From: an uncultured delta proteobacterium
GTDB lineage: Bacteria; Desulfobacterota; WTBG01; CAIYCZ01; CAIRTM01
Reading direction: 5' to 3'
NCBI GenBank assembly: GCA_963804955.1
Contig: CAWDSQ010000007.1
Coordinates: forward strand, 1-64,000
DNA length: 64,000 nt
The notes beneath the pieces were generated by a model. The model did not search any database. It was not told the origin of the DNA and saw only the letters and a program-made list of their open reading frames with translations. Of this stretch, positions 11,901 through 21,443 are shown piece by piece. Positions within the stretch are counted from its first letter, which is position 1; every line of letters begins with the position of its first letter. Both the position numbers and the translations under genes were made by a program.

Positions 11901-12531
11901 GATCAGTTGCCAGCTCATATAGAACAATCAGCCACCAGCCAGCAGATGTTACTTCATTGGTTAAATTCACAAAATTCCTTGTCGTAATATCGCTGACACG
12001 GTATGCGCCTGTTTTGTGATCAGAAATAAAAGTTGTAACGTCTGCAACAGACTCATAAAAATAATAGGTATTGTTTTGTGTGAAACTGGCGGTTGCGGTG
12101 GCGGCATTCGCATAAAGCGTGCCGTTGTCCGCGACAAACGTGATTGTTGCGGTGGTGTCAATCTCTCCGGAGGTATCGGTATTGCCGGCCCAATACAGAT
12201 AGGCTTTATGAACAATAGCACCGCTGGGCAGGTTGAGCTTTGCGGTCGTGCGGGCGTCGGCAAGAGCTATAGCATTACTTGCTGCAGCGCCGGTATTGGT
12301 GGAGCGCCAAAAGATATCAGCGCCGGAGTCGGTATAATTATTGCCGTAGGCGCCAATAGTGCCGACAACCGGGGCAACTCTGTTCGCATCCTCGCAGTTG
12401 TACCCGATGGGAGCGCCGATCATCTCGAAGTTGCCATGAATGTCGGTCTGGTAACGCAGGGCCGGAGCAGCGGCTGCCGACAGGGGCCAAAGGGTGCAGA
12501 CAAACAGCACTGTTGCGATATAACGTTTCAT
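1..12531 (-). CDS. Giant secreted Cys/Asp-rich repeat protein (signal peptide, DUF11-like domain, MopE-type putative metal-binding motifs); 3'-partial, >4177 aa
   Basis: GGAGG RBS then ATG at 12531: MKRYIATVLFVCTLWPLSAAAAP (signal peptide). The same minus frame runs through the repeat array to base 1; the ORF track shows no stop-terminated ORF from this start, and manual translation around 9.2-9.6 kb is open. Contains KTAVDINGGSLVAGDILEYTITSTNSG (DUF11-like), about 9 Y.D.D.D.Y loops, and CDG.D..C.G.VDEG motifs. Confidence 0.85.
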   Translation of the reverse strand, partial: MKRYIATVLFVCTLWPLSAAAAPALRYQTDIHGNFEMIGAPIGYNCEDANRVAPVVGTIGAYGNNYTDSGADIFWRSTNTGAAASNAIALADARTTAKLNLPSGAIVHKAYLYWAGNTDTSGEIDTTATITFVADNGTLYANAATATASFTQNNTYYFYESVADVTTFISDHKTGAYRVSDITTRNFVNLTNEVTSAGWWLIVLYELATDPLRNLAVFDGLDLVQGNNVAVSATITGFEVPNAGFDAKLAVVALEGDTSITGDSFRFNGNLLSNASNPSNNFFNATRSAMGSPLTVVGDLPQLAGTAGSEGNMDFDIVDIKSYLAVGQTSATISAQSSQDWFWLGFFATSISTYRPDYSSSIKTAVDINGGSLVAGDILEYTITSTNSGNDASINTVLRDPLPTQVTYVPNSLQIVSGANAGAKTDATGDDQGYYTSATRTVYVNLGTGATAAQGGLMNIGDTSVVRFHVQINAGVTGQINNQAIIVSNGAQGAPQEDTPTDGNGGDPGVPPTETVVDECIDDSGCVSPEPYCDTTVSPKVCVVCLVDANCGGATPYCDPATLICVSCVQTGSPPGTEACDGIDNDCDGLFDEGLTQNTYYRDVDGDAYGDPGNTIQACAAPAGYVANSSDCDDTNNAIKPGATEICNGVDDDCDGPVDEGLATYTYYQDADGDTYGNAAIPLYTCLASPPAGFVSNSTDCNDSNNAVYPTRAEVCNTIDDDCDGAIDEGTGFVYYRDADGDTYGNAAVTVRTCVAGAPAGYVSNSTDCDDTRNLVNPGRPDETTVATGRCDGLDNDCDGLIDENRTQNTYYRDADGDGYGDAANTDTGCAAPPGYVSNSTDCNDADITKYQLLSSFRDADLDTYTTGAAQNVCSGATRPSGWRAAANGNDCNDADNTVWQSQTGYQDIDGDTYTIGPVQTFCTNGTLPTGYRAASAGTDCNDNNAAIRPGATELCNGTDDDCDLVVDDGLTLTTYYLDGDGDGRGDVNYSTTACSQPLGYVANSTDCNDNNGSIYQNLSGYVDADLDGYGTGTVQTVCSGVSLPSGYSANNTDCNDGDNSRYQNLTGYADADSDTYTVGGVQTVCSGASLPTVYQASQSATSDCNDAVAAVNPGATETCNGIDDNCVGGVDENLGSTTCGVGVCQVTVQNCVGGVPQTCTSGSPTGTDQNCNGIDEDCSGTADDHYVADSSCFLPGACAAGNVASSCVAGVETGCATGTPAGTDASCDGVDNNCNGAVDEGYVADSSCFLPGACAAGNVASSCVAGVETGCATGTPAGTDASCDGIDNNCNGAVDEGYVADSSCFLPGACAAGNVASSCVAGVETGCATGTPAGTDASCDGIDNNCNGAVDEGYVADSSCFLPGACAAGNAASSCVAGVETGCATGTPAGTDASCDGIDNNCNGAVDEGYVADSSCFLPGACAAGNAASSCVAGVETGCATGTPAGTDASCDGIDNNCNGAVDEGYVADSSCFLPGACAAGNAASSCVAGVETGCATGTPAGTDASCDGIDNNCNGAVDEGYVADSSCFLPGACAAGNAASSCVAGVETGCATGTPAGTDASCDGIDNNCNGAVDEGYVADSSCFLPGACAAGNAASSCVAGVETGCATGTPAGTDASCDGIDNNCNGAVDEGYVADSSCFLPGACAAGNAASSCVAGVETGCATGTPAGTDASCDGIDNNCNGAVDEGYVADSSCFLPGACAAGNAASSCVAGVETGCATGTPAGTDASCDGIDNNCNGAVDEGYVADSSCFLPGACAAGNAASSCVAGVETGCATGTPAGTDASCDGIDNNCNGAVDEGYVADSSCFLPGACAAGNVASSCVAGVETGCATGTPAGTDASCDGIDNNCNGAVDEGYVADSSCFLPGACAAGNAASSCVAGVETGCATGTPAGTDASCDGIDNNCNGAVDEGYVADSSCFLPGACAAGNAASSCVAGVETGCATGTPAGTDASCDGIDNNCNGAVDEGYVADSSCFLPGACAAGNAASSCVAGVETGCATGTPAGTDASCDGIDNNCNGAVDEGYVADSSCFLPGACAAGNAASSCVAGVETGCATGTPAGTDASCDGIDNNCNGAVDEGYVADSSCFLPGACAAGNAASSCVAGVETGCATGTPAGTDASCDGIDNNCNGAVDEGYVADSSCFLPGACAAGNAASSCVAGVETGCATGTPAGTDASCDGIDNNCNGAVDEGYVADSSCFLPGACAAGNAASSCVAGVETGCATGTPAGTDASCDGIDNNCNGAVDEGYVADSSCFLPGACAAGNVASSCVAGVETGCATGTPAGTDASCDGIDNNCNGAVDEGYVADSSCFLPGACAAGNVASSCVAGVETGCATGTPAGTDASCDGIDNNCNGAVDEGYVADSSCFLPGACAAGNAASSCVAGVETGCATGTPAGTDASCDGIDNNCNGAVDEGYVADSSCFLPGACAAGNAASSCVAGVETGCATGTPAGTDASCDGIDNNCNGAVDEGYVADSSCFLPGACAAGNAASSCVAGVETGCATGTPAGTDASCDGIDNNCNGAVDEGYVADSSCFLPGACAAGNAASSCVAGVETGCATGTPAGTDASCDGIDNNCNGAVDEGYVADSSCFLPGACAAGNAASSCVAGVETGCATGTPAGTDASCDGIDNNCNGAVDEGYVADSSCFLPGACAAGNAASSCVAGVETGCATGTPAGTDASCDGIDNNCNGAVDEGYVADSSCFLPGACAAGNAASSCVAGVETGCATGTPAGTDASCDGIDNNCNGAVDEGYVADSSCFLPGACAAGNAASSCVAGVETGCATGTPAGTDASCDGIDNNCNGAVDEGYVADSSCFLPGACAAGNAASSCVAGVETGCATGTPAGTDASCDGIDNNCNGAVDEGYVADSSCFLPGACAAGNAASSCVAGVETGCATGTPAGTDASCDGIDNNCNGAVDEGYVADSSCFLPGACAAGNAASSCVAGVETGCATGTPAGTDASCDGIDNNCNGAVDEGYVADSSCFLPGACAAGNAASSCVAGVETGCATGTPAGTDASCDGIDNNCNGAVDEGYVADSSCFLPGACAAGNAASSCVAGVETGCATGTPAGTDASCDGIDNNCNGAVDEGYVADSSCFLPGACAAGNAASSCVAGVETGCATGTPAGTDASCDGIDNNCNGAVDEGYVADSSCFLPGACAAGNAASSCVAGVETGCATGTPAGTDASCDGIDNNCNGAVDEGYVADSSCFLPGACAAGNAASSCVAGVETGCATGTPAGTDASCDGIDNNCNGAVDEGYVADSSCFLPGACAAGNAASSCVAGVETGCATGTPAGTDASCDGIDNNCNGAVDEGYVADSSCFLPGACAAGNAASSCVAGVETGCATGTPAGTDASCDGIDNNCNGAVDEGYVADSSCFLPGACAAGNAASSCVAGVETGCATGTPAGTDASCDGIDNNCNGAVDEGYVADSSCFLPGACAAGNAASSCVAGVETGCATGTPAGTDASCDGIDNNCNGAVDEGYVADSSCFLPGACAAGNVASSCVAGVETGCATGTPAGTDASCDGIDNNCNGAVDEEYVADSSCFLPGACAAGNVASSCVAGVETGCATGTPAGTDASCDGIDNNCNGAVDEGYVADSSCFLPGACAAGNVASSCVAGVETGCATGTPAGTDASCDGIDNNCNGAVDEGYVADSSCFLPGACAAGNAASSCVAGVETGCATGTPAGTDASCDGIDNNCNGAVDEGYVADSSCFLPGACAAGNAASSCVAGVETGCATGTPAGTDASCDGIDNNCNGAVDEEYVADSSCFLPGACAAGNAASSCVAGVETGCATGTPAGTDASCDGIDNNCNGAVDEEYVADSSCFLPGACAAGNAASSCVAGVETGCATGTPAGTDASCDGIDNNCNGAVDEGYVADSSCFLPGACAAGNAASSCVAGVETGCATGTPAGTDASCDGIDNNCNGAVDEEYVADSSCFLPGACAAGNAASSCVAGVETGCATGTPAGTDASCDGIDNNCNGAVDEEYVADSSCFLPGACAAGNAASSCVAGVETGCATGTPAGTDASCDGIDNNCNGAVDEGYVADSSCFLPGACAAGNAASSCVAGVETGCATGTPAGTDASCDGIDNNCNGAVDEGYVADSSCFLPGACAAGNAASSCVAGVETGCATGTPAGTDASCDGIDNNCNGAVDEGYVADSSCFLPGACAAGNAASSCV

Positions 12532-13314
12532 CAAAGGATACCTCCCGGTAATTTTAGACTTTTCCAAACTCTCCAGGTTGACTGCAATTGCAGCGCTCTC
12601 TACGTATGTGGGAACAGTTAGTGGCTGCAATTCCACAAAGCAATCAGAGAACACATTGCATAAGCTTTTAGTTAGACGTTCAACCAGCATATAGGCTCCA
12701 ATGATATATAAATTTTTCGGCAAAAATCTTCATATAAACAATGCAGATTACTGACATCTTTTCGGCAAAAAAATTTTTTGCATAACTTTATATTACACGA
12801 AACATGCCATGTTCAAAAAAAGGCTAAATTTTAGACCTAATAATTATAAAAATAACGGTATTAATGCTATTTTTTAATGCCTTTTTTAGTTTCATTATGG
12901 GCTAATTTAAAACTATTTTTATAAAAAAGCCTGCAAATTTTTTACGTGAAAGCGTTTTTTCATATACTTTTCATGTTGTCTAAATGCTTAAAAAGTGTAC
13001 CATCATACGCTTTTGTAGCGTGCATTTGTGAACCCACCTGCTTGCTTTCAACACAAAATCAGACTATATCTAGCCTGGCAAACCTGCTTGCGTTTTGGCA
13101 GAAAGTTCATATATGATGAGGTAGTATAAAGCTAAATAAACTGTTGTTGTTCGACGACGAACAGTAGACTCTGCCATTGTTCGCAATGATTACCATACGC
13201 CACGGCGTACTCCACGCAATAACCTGCGCTGGAACTTTCACGAGACAGTCCTTTTTAAACAACAAAAAACTTCTGTTTGCCGGGACCCTAATAATCCTAA
13301 TGGTGTGGTGAAAT

Positions 13315-14547
13315 TTGAAAAGAAATCTATTTCAACTCTATATTTTCTGCATTGCCGGATTCATGCCTCTGGTATTGACGCCTTGGAGGGAAGACTCATT
13401 CTATGATGGTAAAATAACTTTTGCTGCTGCAATTACAGGGCTTTATGTACTCATAAAAATTTTTTTAAAGCCAAAAATTTCCTGGCGGCGCTTGGAAAGT
13501 ATTGAATGGTTGTTGGTGACTTATGGGCTGCTCGTACTGCTATCGACTGCATTTTCAATGGACAGGGGTTCGAGCATATGGGGCCAACCGTATATGAGAG
13601 AAGGAATGGTTTCACTCGTACTCTATGTTGTAATCTTTTATCTCTTCTATAAGGAATCCAGGGTTTCGAAAGTATGTCTAGAGGCGATTTTGGTTTGCGC
13701 AACCGTTGTCAGCCTTTATGGAATTTTACAATACTACAAAATTGTGGAGGGAGCCCTTGTGTTAGTAAGGGGTGGATGGGAACAAAGGATGAGCACCATT
13801 GGAAGCCGAAATTTTGCAGGCACCTATAGCATGCTGTTTTTACCCATCGCGTGCGGCCTCTATCTCTATGAACAACGCATGCGGGGGCTATTGTATGCAG
13901 GAATTCTGTTCGCCCTTTTAATGGCAAGCCAAACCAGGAGCGCATGGATTGCTCTGATGGTATGCCTGCCGCTGTTTTTTGCATTTAGCCTTCGCGATAA
14001 AGAAAAGCTGAAACGATGGGGGATACTTATACTGCTGTTCGTAGCGATATTTGGGGTGATGAACCATACAAAAAAAGATGCGCTCGCGAATCGGGCCAAA
14101 ACAGTGGTAAGCGATGCCCAAAACATTAAACAGGATTCAGCCGGATCTCATAGAATATTTTACTGGAAGCGCACACTGCCATTACTGTTTGAACGGCCAT
14201 GGCTCGGCAGCGGGCCTGACACCTATGGGCAGGTAATGCGAAATGAGTACGGTGAGATCTCTATGCATTTTCCAAAGGCTCATAATGAATATCTACAAAT
14301 GCTGATAACAGTAGGATGGCCAGCAACAATCATGTATCTGATGATAGTCGGATGGGTTTTGCTGCGGGTCGTCAAAGGAATACAAAAAGAGCCCTTACAG
14401 CAGGTGTTGTTCTGCTGCATTGCGGGGTACCTGGTTCAGGCTTTTTTTAATATCAGCGTGATCTCAACGGCACCGATCTTTTGGGCAATGCTGGGGATCG
14501 GGGCAAGACTGCAGGTGGGGAAGGAATCAAATGTAAAAATGTTTTAA
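13315..14547 (+). CDS. O-antigen ligase family (Wzy_C / O-OTase-like) membrane protein
   Basis: Many hydrophobic segments; motifs SQTRSAW, R..YWK...L..ERPWLGSGPDTY and KAHNEYLQ. Confidence 0.85.
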   Translation: MKRNLFQLYIFCIAGFMPLVLTPWREDSFYDGKITFAAAITGLYVLIKIFLKPKISWRRLESIEWLLVTYGLLVLLSTAFSMDRGSSIWGQPYMREGMVSLVLYVVIFYLFYKESRVSKVCLEAILVCATVVSLYGILQYYKIVEGALVLVRGGWEQRMSTIGSRNFAGTYSMLFLPIACGLYLYEQRMRGLLYAGILFALLMASQTRSAWIALMVCLPLFFAFSLRDKEKLKRWGILILLFVAIFGVMNHTKKDALANRAKTVVSDAQNIKQDSAGSHRIFYWKRTLPLLFERPWLGSGPDTYGQVMRNEYGEISMHFPKAHNEYLQMLITVGWPATIMYLMIVGWVLLRVVKGIQKEPLQQVLFCCIAGYLVQAFFNISVISTAPIFWAMLGIGARLQVGKESNVKMF

Positions 14548-14662
14548 ATTACTGCTTATTGCCCGCAGCCAGAGGTCATTTTTTATAAATAAAAATTGCT
14601 GCAGGCAATAAAAAAGGGTTGCAGTAGACGCTAAAAATCCACTGTAACCCTTTGTATTTCCC

Positions 14663-14737
14663 TGGTGGGCGATACTGGATTTGAACCAGTGACTTCCACC
14701 GTGTGAAGGTGGCACTCTCCCGCTGAGTTAATCGCCC
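14663..14737 (-). tRNA. tRNA-Val (anticodon CAC)
   Basis: Reverse complement GGGCGATTAACTCAGCGGGAGAGTGCCACCTTCACACGGTGGAAGTCACTGGTTCAAATCCAGTATCGCCCACCA folds as a cloverleaf with a TTCAAAT T-loop, CAC anticodon and encoded CCA. Confidence 0.95.
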
Positions 14738-14817
14738 GAAATTACAAAAAATATATCAATTACCCCTGTCAAACGCAAGGGGAAAGTGCTTGGCCAGGTT
14801 ACAAAAACCACACCCTC

Positions 14818-16425
14818 TCAAAGCGCAGGCAAAAAATGCAGGGCGTCCTCAGGAATAGGGTCAACCGATGCCGGCAGACAGACAACATTCTGCACTAGCG
14901 TTTCGGCCTCGGCAAGTATCGACTTATCAAGCAGCACCATCTGAGCGCCCTGCTTAGAGGCATTGCCAACAAAGCTGACCCTTGATTCAAGGACAGGAGG
15001 CAGCAAACCCAGATTGAAAAGAGCCGACGGATCAGACAGTGCCCCGAATGCCCCGCTTACGAGCACGCGATCCACATCCTTGCAGCCAATACCAGCATGG
15101 TCAAGAAGCCGCTGGAGAAGGTCTATTACACGGGCTTTCGCAGCTCGCAGCAGATAAAGGTCATCCTGCGTGACGAAAATATCGGTAGAAAAGATGCCAT
15201 CGTCAGTGTACAAACGAAAAGCAGTGCGTCCATCAGCATCAATAAACCCGAAAGTCGAATCCTGCAGATTCTGCTGCCTTTGAAAAACACCATGGTCATC
15301 AATAAGCCCTGCCTGCTTGAGGGCTGCAGCAAGTTCCAGAAGGCCGCTGCCGCAAATTCCGCGCGGCAAACTCTCGCCGATAACGGAAATGCTGAATGCA
15401 TTTCCATCACGCGCCACATGCTCAATGGCTCCTGTTTCCGGCCGCATGCCGAAGGTGATACCAACGCAGTCAAATGCAACGCATTCCGCGGCTCCTGCTG
15501 CCGTAACAACGCCCCGGTGATACAGCACCGCCCTGGCATTCGTGCCCAGATCAAGCAGCAGGGTGGTGTCGCTGCTTTTATGCAGCCTGGTTGCAAGAAT
15601 TGCCGCCGTCATGTCTGCGCCGGCATAGGAGGAAATAACCGGAAGAGCATACACGCGAGCCCGGTGAGATGACTTGATATCGAACTGCCCGGCATGGTAG
15701 CTGCCGTCTTTAGGCCCAAGGCTCTGCTCAAGCGGATTCCACACCCCCTTAAGCATAAGATGCAGCATGCCGGTTTCACCTGAAACGACGATCTCGCACA
15801 CCTGCTCAGGCTCAACCCCTGCTGCCCGGCACATCTCTTCAATAAGAATATCTATCCGCAGAAGCAGCTCCTCATTGAGCACCTCAAGATTTATCTCGCT
15901 CTCCTCAACCATGGCCACGCGCTGCACGAAATCTGCCCCGAGCTCAATTTGCGGGTTCGTGTCGGTAACGACAGCAATTTTTCTACCGCGGAACAGGTCG
16001 ACAAGCGACAGCATGAGCGTATTAACACCAAGATCAACTGCAACGGCAAATGATCCTTGCGCCGCTCCCGATTGAACGATCGGCGTAATCGGTTCATCCA
16101 TAAGGGCGATGGTGAAAGGCATTTTGTAGAGAATTTCGACAGTGGTATCCTGAATGACGCGGGCCTGGCAGGCAAGCCTGATACCTTTGGAAAATTCTTC
16201 ATCGGTCAGGCAGCCCCGCTCCGTAGGTGTTACCGGTCCCATCTGCTGAAAAGCCCGCACCTTACACTTGCGGCAAATGCCCTCGGCTCCGCAGGCAAAG
16301 TGCAGATCGATGCCGTGAGGATTACACTCAAGGATAGTTTCAAATATTGATTTTCGATCTTCGACCTTGATAACCTTGTTCTCAGGAAGACAGGTTACTG
16401 TATGGAATTTGGTATTCTGAGCCAT
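14818..16425 (-). CDS. ASKHA-family corrinoid reductive activator-like protein (RACo/DUF4445) with N-terminal [2Fe-2S] domain
   Basis: N-terminal C.AEG.C.KC...RLACQ; later AVDLG, LLDLGTN, RGICGSG, VSGAFG and VGNASKQGA motifs. Confidence 0.85.
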   Translation of the reverse strand: MAQNTKFHTVTCLPENKVIKVEDRKSIFETILECNPHGIDLHFACGAEGICRKCKVRAFQQMGPVTPTERGCLTDEEFSKGIRLACQARVIQDTTVEILYKMPFTIALMDEPITPIVQSGAAQGSFAVAVDLGVNTLMLSLVDLFRGRKIAVVTDTNPQIELGADFVQRVAMVEESEINLEVLNEELLLRIDILIEEMCRAAGVEPEQVCEIVVSGETGMLHLMLKGVWNPLEQSLGPKDGSYHAGQFDIKSSHRARVYALPVISSYAGADMTAAILATRLHKSSDTTLLLDLGTNARAVLYHRGVVTAAGAAECVAFDCVGITFGMRPETGAIEHVARDGNAFSISVIGESLPRGICGSGLLELAAALKQAGLIDDHGVFQRQQNLQDSTFGFIDADGRTAFRLYTDDGIFSTDIFVTQDDLYLLRAAKARVIDLLQRLLDHAGIGCKDVDRVLVSGAFGALSDPSALFNLGLLPPVLESRVSFVGNASKQGAQMVLLDKSILAEAETLVQNVVCLPASVDPIPEDALHFLPAL

Positions 16426-16593
16426 ATCGTTTTTTCCAGGTTGTACAGGTGAATTTTTACAGCAATGAAACTAAAAGTCAGAAGCCTAAATTCAGTAGCA
16501 CGCAGAAAAAAAATAAAAACGCGTCTGAATGCATCTGCGATTCTCTATGTCTTATTCTTCTGGATTCCGACTAGTAATTTCCTGGTAACAAAT

Positions 16594-16620
16594 AAAAAAG
16601 GGAGTGCCGTGCGGCACCCC
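16594..16620 (-). terminator. Probable intrinsic terminator downstream of leuA
   Basis: GTGCCG/CGGCAC stem next to an A run (U tract on the minus strand). Confidence 0.5.
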
Positions 16621-16647
16621 CAAAACATACGCTCTGCCTATGCGGAA

Positions 16648-18175
<1,528 letters not shown>

Positions 18176-18201
<26 letters not shown>

Positions 18202-19018
18202 CTTTTTCCTCTGCTGGCGCTACAACGGTTTCCTGATCACGGGTGCGTGCTTTTTTAATCATATAGAGCCCGTAGCCTAGAGGACCAGACAGGACATAGG
18301 TCAGGCCCATGGCAAAAAGCATTATCTGCGGCTCGGAAGCCACTATATAAATCAGCAGAATCGCAAGGACAACTGCATTAAAGGGCTTTCGGCTCCTGAA
18401 GTCAAACCGCTTAAAGCTCTGGAACCGTATGGTGCTTACCATAAAAAAGGCAAGCACATAGATCATGCCGATAAACAGAATACTCAACAGCGCTTTATCG
18501 GCAATATCCAGATGAAAACAAAAAATAAGTGTTGTGGCAACCATTCCGGCAGCTGCCGGAATCGGCAGCCCGGTAAAATAATTGCCTTTGCCTCCGATAT
18601 TGTTGGACTCTACATTAAAGCGCGCAAGGCGAATGGCGCCGCAGGCAACATAGAGAAAAGCGGCGACCCAGCCCCAGCGGCCATACCCGGAAAGGACCCA
18701 TCCGTAGGCCAGCACTGCGGGCGCAACGCCGAAAGCCACAAGATCTGCAAGCGAGTCGTACTCGACGCCGAACCTGCTGGTGGTATTGGTCATACGCGCG
18801 ATGCGCCCGTCAAGGCCGTCAAAAAGGCCTGAAACAATGATAGCCCAGGCCGCCTGCAGGTAATCGCCCCGCATGGTTGAGACAATGGCATAAAAGCCGC
18901 AGAAAAGACTCAGGGACGTTAAAAAATTAGGCAGAATATAGACGCCCTTCTTCAGCCTGTCCATCTGCGGGCCCCGGCGCGGAGGCCGGTTGCGCCGCCT
19001 CATGAAGCGCTGTTTCAT
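18176..19018 (-). CDS. pssA: CDP-diacylglycerol--serine O-phosphatidyltransferase (start uncertain)
   Basis: YILPNFLT, DGLDGRIAR...SRFGVEYDSLAD..FGVAPA, RLARFNV, FTGLPIPAAA. Confidence 0.9.
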
Positions 19019-19130
19019 TGTCTGCTTAGCTGTTGTGTCGGTTTCCAAAAAGCTCCTCTCATGCATGGCAGGACGGGAAATGAAAAACAAGCCCTTCCAT
19101 CCCTCCGCCGCATGCAATCGTCATAAAAAA

Positions 19131-19625
19131 CTATCCTTTTATTTTATTCTCGCGCAGCATTGCAGCCTTGCCCGAGCGCACAAGCTCCTTGATGCCCAAA
19201 GGCCTGAACAGATCGATGATTGCCTGAATCTTGTTCTCATCGCCAGTCACTTCAACGGTATAATGCGTGCGGCTCACGTCGACGACCTTGCAGCGAAAAA
19301 TATCGATAATGCTGAGAACCTCGGAGCGCTTATGCTCATCCACATTGACCTTGATAAGGGCAAGCTCCCGCTCGATAAAATCAGCGCCCGTGCTTTCATA
19401 GTCGACGACTTTGATAATGTCGATGAGCTTGTTGAGCTGCTTGGTAATCTGTTCAAGAATGCGATCGTCACCACGGGTCACAATGGTCATCTGAGACATG
19501 GTGGGGTCGAGGGTTTCATTAACCGAAAGGGATTCGATATTAAACCCCCTGCCGCTGAAAAGGCCGGCAATACGGGAAAGCACACCGGGTCTGTTATCAA
19601 CAAGTACTGAAATGGTATGATGCAT
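19131..19625 (-). CDS. ilvN: Acetolactate synthase small (regulatory) subunit
   Basis: SVLVDNRPGVLSRIAGLFSGRGFNIESL ACT domain; follows ilvB. Confidence 0.95.
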   Translation of the reverse strand: MHHTISVLVDNRPGVLSRIAGLFSGRGFNIESLSVNETLDPTMSQMTIVTRGDDRILEQITKQLNKLIDIIKVVDYESTGADFIERELALIKVNVDEHKRSEVLSIIDIFRCKVVDVSRTHYTVEVTGDENKIQAIIDLFRPLGIKELVRSGKAAMLRENKIKG

Positions 19626-19644
19626 AGCCTTGTCCTCGCACTGT

Positions 19645-21342
19645 CTACAGCAGTATCATATTGCTAATGGGCGCGCCCGCCGGCACCATGGGATAGACAC
19701 ATTCCTCGGGGTCGACAACAAAATCCATAATCACCGGCCTGTCCTTGACCGACAAAGCCTTTTTGATGACCGATTCGACCTCGCCAGGTTTCTCGGCGCG
19801 GAGCCCCACGGCCCCATATGCCTCGGCAAGCTTGACAAAATCGGGATGCCGTTCAAATGTTGAATGCGCATAGCGCTTCTTGTAAAACAGCTGCTGCCAC
19901 TGCCGCACCATGCCGAGGCACATATTGTTCAATATGGCGATCTTTACGGGAAGCCCGTACTGCATGGCCGTGGCCAGCTCTTGAATGTTCATCTGTATGC
20001 TGCCGTCGCCGGCAATATCGATAACCGTGGCCTTCGGGTTTGCAACCTGCGCGCCGATGGCGGCAGGGAAGCCGTAACCCATGGTGCCCAAACCGCCTGA
20101 GGTGAGAAATTTTCTGGGCTCATCGAACAGGTAGTACTGCGCCGCCCACATCTGGTTCTGGCCCACCTCCGTGGTAATGATAGCTTTGCCGTTGGTAAGC
20201 TCATAAATTTTTTCCACCACATACTGCGGCTTGATAACGGCATCCATCTGGTATTCCATGGAATGCTTGTTCTTCCAGTCAGCGATTGTTTGTAACCATG
20301 CTTTCCGGTCGGTCCTTTTCACCTTTTTTTCGCCTGCAACCTCAATCATGTCCTTCAGAATTTCACGGCAGTCGCCGACAATGGGAATAGAGACCTTAAT
20401 GTTTTTACTGATCGAGGTCGGGTCGATGTCAATGTGAATGACCGTTGCTCCTGCGGCAAAACTATTAAGGTCGCCGGTTACGCGGTCATCAAAACGTGCG
20501 CCGACAGCAATCAGCAGATCGCAGTTGCTCACCGCCATATTTGCCCGGTAGGTGCCGTGCATGCCGAGCATGCCGAGCGATAGCGTATCGGTGCCGGGAT
20601 AGCAGCCCATGCCCATAAGCGTCGTGGTAACAGGAATCTGAAAATGCCTGGCACAGGTGGCCAGTTCATGGGAGGCGTTAGACAGAACAACGCCGCCGCC
20701 GGCGTAAATAACCGGTTTTTTCGACTTTAAGATTTCCTCTACTGCCCGTATGATCTGACGGCGGTTGCCTTTATAGGTGGGCTTGTAACTGCGCATATCG
20801 ATTTTTTCAGGATACTCAAAGTCAATCTCGGCGCCGATGATGTCTTTGGGCAGATCGACAAGCACCGGGCCGGGCCGGCCTGAGCGGGCAATATAAAATG
20901 CCTCTTTAATGATGCGCGGCAGTTCCGCAACTGATTTAACCAGAAAGTTATGCTTGGTGCAGGGCCGGCTGATGCCGACAATGTCGGCCTCCTGAAAAGC
21001 ATCATTGCCGATAAGCATGGTGGGGACCTGTCCGGTGAATACCACGATGGGAATGGAGTCCATATAGGCCGTGGCAAGGCCGGTAACTGTGTTGGTAGCG
21101 CCGGGTCCTGAAGTCACCAGGCACACTCCCACATCGCCGGTCACACGGGCATAGCCGTCTGCGGCATGCACCGCCGCCTGCTCATGGCGCACAAGAATAT
21201 GCTGGAGCTGTGACTCATACAGCGCATTGTAGACATCAAGTACCGATCCCCTGGGATACCCAAAAATAACCTTGACCTTTTCCCTGTGCAGGCACTCAAG
21301 CAGTATCTGGGCGCCTTTAAGCTTTGTAGGATTTTTTGTCAT
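19645..21342 (-). CDS. ilvB: Acetolactate synthase large subunit, biosynthetic type
   Basis: [38 protein letters not shown] motif. Confidence 0.95.
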   Translation of the reverse strand: MTKNPTKLKGAQILLECLHREKVKVIFGYPRGSVLDVYNALYESQLQHILVRHEQAAVHAADGYARVTGDVGVCLVTSGPGATNTVTGLATAYMDSIPIVVFTGQVPTMLIGNDAFQEADIVGISRPCTKHNFLVKSVAELPRIIKEAFYIARSGRPGPVLVDLPKDIIGAEIDFEYPEKIDMRSYKPTYKGNRRQIIRAVEEILKSKKPVIYAGGGVVLSNASHELATCARHFQIPVTTTLMGMGCYPGTDTLSLGMLGMHGTYRANMAVSNCDLLIAVGARFDDRVTGDLNSFAAGATVIHIDIDPTSISKNIKVSIPIVGDCREILKDMIEVAGEKKVKRTDRKAWLQTIADWKNKHSMEYQMDAVIKPQYVVEKIYELTNGKAIITTEVGQNQMWAAQYYLFDEPRKFLTSGGLGTMGYGFPAAIGAQVANPKATVIDIAGDGSIQMNIQELATAMQYGLPVKIAILNNMCLGMVRQWQQLFYKKRYAHSTFERHPDFVKLAEAYGAVGLRAEKPGEVESVIKKALSVKDRPVIMDFVVDPEECVYPMVPAGAPISNMILL

Positions 21343-21443
21343 AGCATACGCCTGAAAACTTGTTTTATGAACACAGGACTATTTCCCATAAAATCTTATT
21401 ATATTTTATCATACAATCACCCCTCAGAGCAACAGCATGATTG

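Noticed and set aside
14663..14737. Prophage or ICE integrated at tRNA-Val
   Set aside because: No integrase, att duplication or phage genes seen in the window.
21240..21265. IlvB motif GYPRG instead of GYPGG
   Set aside because: A single-base difference in a sequence with evident errors; cannot be interpreted without reads.
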